Assembly: GCA_037444665.1 (NCBI GenBank)
Contig: JBBILZ010000058.1
Span: 1-13,813, forward strand
Direction: 5' to 3'
DNA length: 13,813 nt
Source of the DNA: a candidate division WOR-3 bacterium
Lineage (GTDB): Bacteria; Hydrothermota; Tepidihabitantia; SM23-42; JAOAFX01
In this document: positions 7,861 to 13,813 of the stretch, one piece after another
How the letters are laid out: the number at the start of each line of letters is the position of its first letter
How positions within the stretch are numbered: the first letter of the stretch is position 1
Position numbers and translations under genes: made by a program
Notes under the pieces: generated by a model
What the model saw: only the letters and a program-made list of their open reading frames with translations
Databases searched by the model: none
What the model was told of the DNA's origin: nothing

Positions 7861-9122
7861 TATTCTTTTTCCCGTTTTATTCGGGCACCGAGTTCTCTTA
7901 ATTTCTTTTCAATTTTTTCGTAACCCCTATCCAAATGGTATATCCGGCGAACATAGGTCTTGCCTTTTGCCGCAAGACCAGCCAGCACCAGACAAGCAGA
8001 TGCGCGCAGGTCTGATGCCATAACATAAGCACCAGTGAGATTCTTCACCCCTTTTATGATTGCGGTATCACCTTCAAGCGTAATATTTGCTCCCATCCGT
8101 GCAAGTTCTACTGCCTGCATAAAGCGATTTTCAAAAATTGTTTCTTTAATCGTGCTCGTGCCCGACGACAGGGAGAGTAATGCCATAAATTGTGCTTGCA
8201 TATCTGTGGGAAAACCAGGATATGGTGCTACAAATATATCTGTGGGCAGAATGTGTTTCTTTCCTTTAACAACAATTTCATCTTTATTTAATTGAACCTC
8301 TGCCCCGACCTCTTTTATTTTATCAATTACTGCAACAAGGTGCTCAGGACAACAATCTTCAATGGTGATCTCGCCACCAGTGATCATTGATGCAACCATA
8401 AATGTTCCAGTCTCAATACGGTCCGGAATGATTCGGTAATGTATGTCTGCCGGGCACCAATTGCCCCTGATGGTTATCTGATTTGTACCAGCACCACTGA
8501 TATCAACACCTATATTTTTTAAGAAATTTGCGACATCAACCACTTCGGGTTCGCAAGCAGCGGAAATTATTCGGGTGGTCCCCCGGGCACCGGTTGCAGC
8601 AAGCATTACATTAATTGTTGCACCCACAGAAGTTCCTTTTGCACCCTGAAGATTGACTTCAGTTCCAATCAGTCGTTTACATTTTGCATCAATATAGCCG
8701 CGGTCAATTTCAATATTACATCCCAATGCCTTTAATCCTTTGATGTGAAGGTCAACTGGTCTTGGTCCTATAGCGCAACCACCAGGTAATGAGACCTTTG
8801 CCTTTTTCTCACGGGCAATCAATGCTCCAAGAACATAATAGGATGCTCGCATCTTGCGCACAATATTGTATGGTGCATTAATGCGTTTTATGGATGGGGT
8901 ATGTATTTCCAGCACATTTTTTTTGGATTGAACCTCAGCACCGATATGTTTAATGAGTTCAATCATTGTATGAACATCAACCACATCAGGGATATTTTCA
9001 AGCACTACTTTTCTATCTGTAAGTAATGATGCGGCAATAATAGGAAGGGCAGAATTTTTTGCCCCGGATATTTTCACAACACCAGAAAGTCTTTTTCCGC
9101 CCTCAATTACAAATCTATCCAT
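7860..9122 (-). CDS. murA: UDP-N-acetylglucosamine 1-carboxyvinyltransferase
   Basis: 420 aa. SGAKNSALP, KMRAS, LPGGCAIGPRPVDLH (catalytic-loop Cys present), PYPGFPTDMQ, ETIFENRF, DLRA, HLDRGY. Its stop overlaps the ispG ATG (TAATG). Confidence 0.98.
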   Translation of the reverse strand: MDRFVIEGGKRLSGVVKISGAKNSALPIIAASLLTDRKVVLENIPDVVDVHTMIELIKHIGAEVQSKKNVLEIHTPSIKRINAPYNIVRKMRASYYVLGALIAREKKAKVSLPGGCAIGPRPVDLHIKGLKALGCNIEIDRGYIDAKCKRLIGTEVNLQGAKGTSVGATINVMLAATGARGTTRIISAACEPEVVDVANFLKNIGVDISGAGTNQITIRGNWCPADIHYRIIPDRIETGTFMVASMITGGEITIEDCCPEHLVAVIDKIKEVGAEVQLNKDEIVVKGKKHILPTDIFVAPYPGFPTDMQAQFMALLSLSSGTSTIKETIFENRFMQAVELARMGANITLEGDTAIIKGVKNLTGAYVMASDLRASACLVLAGLAAKGKTYVRRIYHLDRGYEKIEKKLRELGARIKREKE

Positions 9123-9129
9123 AAAAAAG

Positions 9130-9157
9130 AGTATAGTTATTTTTCAAAAAATGTCAA
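9130..9157 (-). promoter_or_regulatory. Sigma70-type promoter of the murA operon (probably leaderless)
   Basis: - strand TTGACA (9157-9152), 16 nt, TATACT (9135-9130), then 7 nt to ATG; no SD. Confidence 0.75.
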
Positions 9158-9181
9158 CTATGCAAAACTGCAACAACCCTG

Positions 9182-9209
9182 TTGACGAAATCCCCAAATT
9201 AATTATAAT
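9182..9209 (+). promoter_or_regulatory. Sigma70-type promoter of the HEAT-repeat gene (probably leaderless)
   Basis: TTGACG (9182-9187), 16 nt, TATAAT (9204-9209), then 5 nt to ATG 9215; no SD. Confidence 0.72.
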
Positions 9210-9214
9210 TATTT

Positions 9215-11257
9215 ATGCAAACATCCTCATTAAATGATTTTTTAAGAGAACTTGCAGTAGGTTTCAAGTTTGCGAAATCATATCCTCCTGGACATCCGAC
9301 TATGGACAAGATTGTTGCCAATACAATGGTACAACTCTCAAAGGTTTACACGGAGATTCCAGAATTTTCCATATATTTTTTAGAAAAGACCGTAATCTTC
9401 CAGGACATAAGAATTGATGTCTCAAAAAATCTGGCGGTTCTTTCTTTTATAGAGACAATAAAAAAGAACGACATTGAAAGCCTAACATTTCTTCCCGGGA
9501 TTACCAAAGACGACCTTAAGAATCTATACGAAGTGATAGGCAGTCCCAAATTAAAAATAAAAGAATATGGTGATGCACCAACTATGCTACAGGCGAAAGG
9601 AACTGATAAAATTAAAATAAATGCGGTAAAATTTGGTATTCAGGCCGGAACGACTATCCAGGTTGCGCGGGAAAAAGAACAGAATACTGGTGCGAGCGCG
9701 GAAACAGAGATAACTGCCTCAATCCAGAAACTTCAGGAAACTATTGAAAAAGGGCTCTCAACAGTAACTATCAAAGAACATTTTGACCAGGTAATTAAAA
9801 AAGTTGATACGCTACCATTGGATTTGCAGACCTCCTATCATGACGCAATAATCAAAATTCTTGAGCGTCTACCAAGTGAACACCGCATTGAATTACTTAA
9901 AGATTTAGAATTAAAGCCGATTGTGCTCAAATTATTATCTACTATGAGTGAGGAAGCACTTGTAAAATTGATTATGACCAGGGCTGATAATAATCAAGAT
10001 GTGGGGAAAATACTCGGCACTGTTGGTGATGATAAATTTTCAAAGGTCTTGCCAGAGTTAAAAGAAAAAATCCCCAATATATACGAATATCTTGCCCAGG
10101 TAGGTATCCTTTTGAGTGAAAAGGTTACCACCTTCTTTTCAAAAGAAGATTTGAAAATCTCAATAAAACCGTACTACACAATGCTTGATTCACCGAATCA
10201 TCAGCTCCGCAAAGAAGGATTGAAATCACTTATCTTTCTCGGTTCCAGATTTATCAAACAAGGGCAGACTGCAATTGCGGAAGAAATAATAACCAGAGTC
10301 GCCACTGCTCTGGAACAAGAATCGGTTGAAGAAGTAATCACATATGCGCTTGAACCTCTAAATGAATTATATAAAATTGCCAGAGAATTCAATCAGGAAA
10401 AATTTTGTAAATCAATACTTGACCCATTCAATAAAGTTTTAGGAAGACCTGGATTAACAATTGCATTTAAAAAAGCCTTGATAAAATTCCTGGGCGAAAC
10501 TGGTGATGTAATTATCCTGCCTTCGCTTTTTTCTTTTCTCTGGGAAGCAGGCCTTTATTCTGATGTCCGTGCTGCAATTATAAAATTTGGCAAGAATGCT
10601 GTTTCTGAAGCGCTATATACGCTTAAGGAAGCAGAGGACTATTCACTGAGAATGAAACTCGTTGATATATTAAAGAATATTGGAAAAGAATCAATAGAAA
10701 TCCTTTTAAATAACATAGATGCTCCAGAATGGTTTCTCAGAAGGAATATCGTTGCAATCATTGGTGATATTGGAGAAAAGGATGCTGCACCCAGATTGGT
10801 TAATTTGTTACATGACCCGGATGACCGGGTGCGTGTGGAATTGGTAAAAACATTTGCAAAATTGGGATTTGAACAGGGAGTAAAGAATGCACTCCTTGAT
10901 AACTCAATAGAGGTAAAAGCTGAAGCATTACGGAGTTTGAGAAAGACCATCACGGTTGATATGATAAAAGAGTATTTGCCCCTTCTTAAAGAGAAAGGCG
11001 ATGCCCTGCATAGTGAATTATTAAAAATTATTGGTGAAAAGAAAGTCAATGAAGCAATCCCTTATATTAAAGATTTGGTCCACCAGCTTGAATTTCGTGA
11101 TGATACTATAGCCCAGGAACTAAAAGAACTTGCAATATCCACCCTTGCAAGATTACATTCATCTGCAACTATTCAAGTCCTTGAAGAATTATCTCATTCA
11201 AAGGACAGATTTCTAATAAATCTTGTAAACTCTGCCCTTAAAAGAATAGAACATTAA
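9215..11257 (+). CDS. HEAT-repeat (alpha-solenoid) domain protein, function unknown
   Basis: 680 aa, helical. The C-terminal half has HEAT/PBS-like units (DAPEWFLRRNIVAIIGDIG, LLHDPDDRVRVELVKTFAKLG, LLDNSIEVKAEALRSL). N-terminal YPPGHP motif. Confidence 0.85.
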   Translation: MQTSSLNDFLRELAVGFKFAKSYPPGHPTMDKIVANTMVQLSKVYTEIPEFSIYFLEKTVIFQDIRIDVSKNLAVLSFIETIKKNDIESLTFLPGITKDDLKNLYEVIGSPKLKIKEYGDAPTMLQAKGTDKIKINAVKFGIQAGTTIQVAREKEQNTGASAETEITASIQKLQETIEKGLSTVTIKEHFDQVIKKVDTLPLDLQTSYHDAIIKILERLPSEHRIELLKDLELKPIVLKLLSTMSEEALVKLIMTRADNNQDVGKILGTVGDDKFSKVLPELKEKIPNIYEYLAQVGILLSEKVTTFFSKEDLKISIKPYYTMLDSPNHQLRKEGLKSLIFLGSRFIKQGQTAIAEEIITRVATALEQESVEEVITYALEPLNELYKIAREFNQEKFCKSILDPFNKVLGRPGLTIAFKKALIKFLGETGDVIILPSLFSFLWEAGLYSDVRAAIIKFGKNAVSEALYTLKEAEDYSLRMKLVDILKNIGKESIEILLNNIDAPEWFLRRNIVAIIGDIGEKDAAPRLVNLLHDPDDRVRVELVKTFAKLGFEQGVKNALLDNSIEVKAEALRSLRKTITVDMIKEYLPLLKEKGDALHSELLKIIGEKKVNEAIPYIKDLVHQLEFRDDTIAQELKELAISTLARLHSSATIQVLEELSHSKDRFLINLVNSALKRIEH

Positions 11258-11286
11258 AACTGCTCTTTTAAATGTAAAACTTATTC

Positions 11287-11314
11287 TTGACTTTTCTAAA
11301 TCTATAATTATACT
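11287..11314 (+). promoter_or_regulatory. Sigma70-type promoter of tRNA-Cys
   Basis: TTGACT (11287-11292), 16 nt, TATACT (11309-11314), 10 nt before the mature tRNA 5' end. Confidence 0.7.
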
Positions 11315-11324
11315 TACAACCTAA

Positions 11325-11396
11325 GGCGGCATAGCCAAGTAGCAAGGCGGCGGTCTGCAAAACCGCTATTCGCCGGTGCAAATCCGGCTGCCGCCT
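11325..11396 (+). tRNA. tRNA-Cys (GCA); CCA not encoded
   Basis: Acceptor stem GGCGGCA/TGCCGCC, D arm GCC/GGC, anticodon arm GCGGT-CTGCAAA-ACCGC (GCA at 11357-11359), T arm GCCGG-TGCAAAT-CCGGC. U73 discriminator is typical of tRNA-Cys. Confidence 0.96.
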
Positions 11397-11401
11397 TTTT
11401 T

Positions 11402-12121
11402 TCACTGATTTTTCTTATGCGTAGTTATCCTTGCCAGCATTATACTCAATTCAATTAAAAGTATAAGCGGAACTGAAATTATCAATAAAGTAAAGATATC
11501 GCCGGTTGGCGTGATTATCGCAGCAATGATTAAAACTCCAATAATAATTTCAGCCCGATGCCGGGCAAGGGTTTTTGCCTGAACCAGACCAAGTTTTATT
11601 AAAAAGAAAATGATTAAAGGTAATTGAAATAAAATACCACAGCCAAGTATACACCAAAAAATAAATTCAAGAATTTTGCTGATATTCATCAATGGTTTTA
11701 CGGTTTCAGAACCAAAGGAGAAAAAGAATTTCATTCCTACTGGGATTAAAACAAATACAGCAAATGCACACCCTATGAGAAACAGAATTATTCCCGAAAA
11801 CATAAAAGGCAATGATACTCGTTGTTCTTTTCTTGTTAAACCAGGACCAATAAATGCCCATGCCTGATACAGAATGACTGGGAACGAAATAAAAAGTCCT
11901 ATAAATAAGGCAACCTTGATATTAACCATTAATGCCTCAGTGGGTGAAAAGAAGTAAGAAGTACCAATATTGGTCCATTTAATAATATAATTCAAAATGC
12001 GCTGGGCAAAGGCAAAACAGATGATTGAAAATATTATAACAGTGACAAAAGAAATTAACAGCCTCTTTCGTAACTCCTCAAGATGGTCTATAAATGACGC
12101 CTGTCTCTCTTTCAGAAACAC
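11402..12121 (-). CDS. tatC: Twin-arginine translocase subunit TatC
   Basis: 239 aa polytopic membrane protein. FIDHLEELRKRL, SPTEA, PVILYQAWAFIGPGL...E, FQLP, AAIITPTGD. GTG start; the exact start is uncertain. Confidence 0.95.
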   Translation of the reverse strand: MFLKERQASFIDHLEELRKRLLISFVTVIIFSIICFAFAQRILNYIIKWTNIGTSYFFSPTEALMVNIKVALFIGLFISFPVILYQAWAFIGPGLTRKEQRVSLPFMFSGIILFLIGCAFAVFVLIPVGMKFFFSFGSETVKPLMNISKILEFIFWCILGCGILFQLPLIIFFLIKLGLVQAKTLARHRAEIIIGVLIIAAIITPTGDIFTLLIISVPLILLIELSIMLARITTHKKNQ

Positions 12122-12127
12122 TCCGGT

Positions 12128-13643
12128 CTAATCGCGATATTGCAGAGGCAGTCGGTAAATATTCATATCTCCAACTGCAATAATATCCTCGTCGGTCACT
12201 GCTACAAAATTATATTTTATGCGGGGCAAATTGTATACAGGGTTATATAATTGGGGGCAAATTGTATACAGGGTTATATAATTGGCGTTCAGGGTCAAAG
12301 TAATTTATTCCTGAACCAGTGGCACAATATAAAAATTTACCATCCGTATCTATGTCATAGATATTGAAATAGGGCAGAATAATAGGCAGGGTATCACTTA
12401 TTGATAAACTTGAATCAACCGTGGAAGAATACTGGATTAACTGGTTATCTGTGGTCAAAAAATATAGCAAATTGTGTATTTCACAAACATCCTTTGTTCC
12501 ACGATTAATTACAGAAAACCATTTATTTGTTTCGTAGTCATAACGATAAGTAGCAAATTCACCACCAACATATAATTGTTTATGCGATGGGAAAATAATA
12601 TAAACCGGATAGCGGTCGGGCCCAAATGCAATCGGCTCATTCGTTTCTTTCACTATTTTATACATTCCATTATCTGTTCCTACATAGATGTTCAACTCAT
12701 CAAGACTAACATTCAGCACTGTATTACGAAATTCGGTTATGGGCATAGTAACATTCCCGGTAATCTTTACTAATTGATTACCATAAGAAACTATGAATTC
12801 ATCGTTTAAAATTATTATATCATAAGGCTGTGCTTTTAAGCGGAAATACTGCCAGGATTTTTTTGCACCAACATCATAACTTGAAATACCATAAGCAGAA
12901 ATGAAGTAGTATCTGCTACCAATCTTTTTCAATTTCTGTCCCGCAGTCGTGAGCGGACCATAAATAATTCTCTGCTTTTCCAGTGAAATTTTATTATATT
13001 TTAATAGACCATATCTATCAGTTCCTACATAGAAGTCCATACCATCATCATAAAAAGCAGTAATATTGTATCTGTAAAATGGTTCATTCGTTTCTCTTAT
13101 ATCATCCCAATAATAATATGGAGAAAGAAATTTATTCTTTCTCAATTCATTTTCATCAAAACCTTTAAACCACCTGATATTATCCGGAAAAATGGACACC
13201 TCTTCTAACTTACCACTTAGACGGTCCAGTGCAAATTTACGCTGTGCTGAGATATATATTTTTTCCGGTCCTACCCCGAGTCGTTCAATTCGTTCAGTAA
13301 ATGGATATTCGCGGATACTTCCTAAATGGAGATTATAGCGAATTATCGCATTGACACTTGTAATCCATAATTCATCATAGAACTGGTCATATGCTACTAT
13401 AAAAATATCCTGATTAAAATAGGCACTTCTGAGCAATTCTAAATTATTTTTGTCAAATATCAAAAGATAATTATCGCTCAAGGCAAATATTTTATTTATT
13501 GATGTTGCAATGGACTCTATCCTCCCCAATGGCGGGATTAATTCATAATGGTCAATAAAGATATTCTGAGGATATATCTCAACTGCATTGAGATTGATAC
13601 ATAACAAAAAAAATAAGAATAAAACAAAATAATTTCTATTCAT
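12128..13643 (-). CDS. Secreted hypothetical protein, probably multi-blade beta-propeller; C-terminus frameshifted as assembled by a 31-bp duplication; about 494 aa when corrected
   Basis: N-terminal Sec-type signal (MNRNYFVLFLFFLLCINLNA) and repeated blade-like motifs (FYVGTDRYGLLKY, IYVGTDNGMYKI, LYVGGE, LYCATGSGINYFD). Removing one repeat copy extends the frame ...YNLPRIKYNFVAVTDEDIIAVGDMNIYRLPLQYRD* to TAG at 12130-12128. Confidence 0.8.
12223..12285. repeat. Perfect 31-bp tandem duplication near the 3' end of the beta-propeller gene
   Basis: ggggcaaattgtatacagggttatataattg at 12223-12253 and 12254-12284. Confidence 0.98.
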
Positions 13644-13812
13644 CACATTTTATTCTTTCATAATCCCTGTTTAGGATATAATTCAATGTTCTGGGAATAT
13701 AATCAATTAAATCACCTGCAATGAGTGAATATTCGTTACTTTCTTTTACTGCCAGGTCTGCACATGAACCATGAACAAAGACCCCGGTTACTGCACTTGA
13801 AAAATTATCCAT
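13636..13812 (-). CDS. nnr: NAD(P)H-hydrate dehydratase (YjeF_C/NnrD domain), 3' end only (truncated by window)
   Basis: The - strand reads ...MDNFSSAVTGVFVHGSCADLAVKESNEYSLIAGDLIDYIPRTLNYILNRDYERIKCDE*, matching the YjeF_C terminal 'A..GV..HG.A.D.A......L.A.DLI..IP' pattern. Not in the ORF track. Confidence 0.8.
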   Translation of the reverse strand: MDNFSSAVTGVFVHGSCADLAVKESNEYSLIAGDLIDYIPRTLNYILNRDYERIKCDE

Positions 13813-13813
13813 T

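Noticed and set aside
3010..12285. The 26-35 bp direct repeats as CRISPR repeats or target-site duplications
   Set aside because: Only two adjacent copies each, no spacers or inserted element, unrelated sequences, each is ordinary coding sequence, and no cas or transposase gene is in the window.
1722..12773. Short opposite-strand ORFs in the track (e.g. 1722-2114, 2731-2973, 3052-3450, 5155-5451, 5986-6396, 8035-8295, 10639-11049, 12576-12773)
   Set aside because: Almost entirely antisense to well-supported genes, with no recognisable motifs; typical shadow ORFs.

Overview
AT-rich bacterial housekeeping region with no mobile element or CRISPR array. The + strand carries the 3' end of glyQ, then glyS, aspS and recO. 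A convergent - strand operon holds murA, ispG, a stand-alone class I glutamine amidotransferase and an M24 Xaa-Pro peptidase. A HEAT-repeat protein is divergent from murA and is followed by tRNA-Cys(GCA). A second - strand operon holds the 3' end of nnr/yjeF, a secreted beta-propeller-like protein and tatC. Main observations: (1) three perfect tandem duplications (35, 26 and 31 bp) plus a 2-bp insertion frameshift three genes, including essential aspS. Each gene is restored by deleting the extra copy, so an assembly artefact is the leading explanation. (2) An orphan perfect TTGACA-N16-TATAAT promoter precedes a two-hairpin, ~90-nt non-coding unit with a C(UUCG)G stem, a candidate sRNA. (3) All five recognisable sigma70-type promoters have a 16-bp spacer, and two appear to give leaderless mRNAs. 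(4) aspS appears to start at ATT. (5) tRNA-Cys has an A18/G55 elbow. Gene calls rest on motif recognition by eye; no database searches were run.
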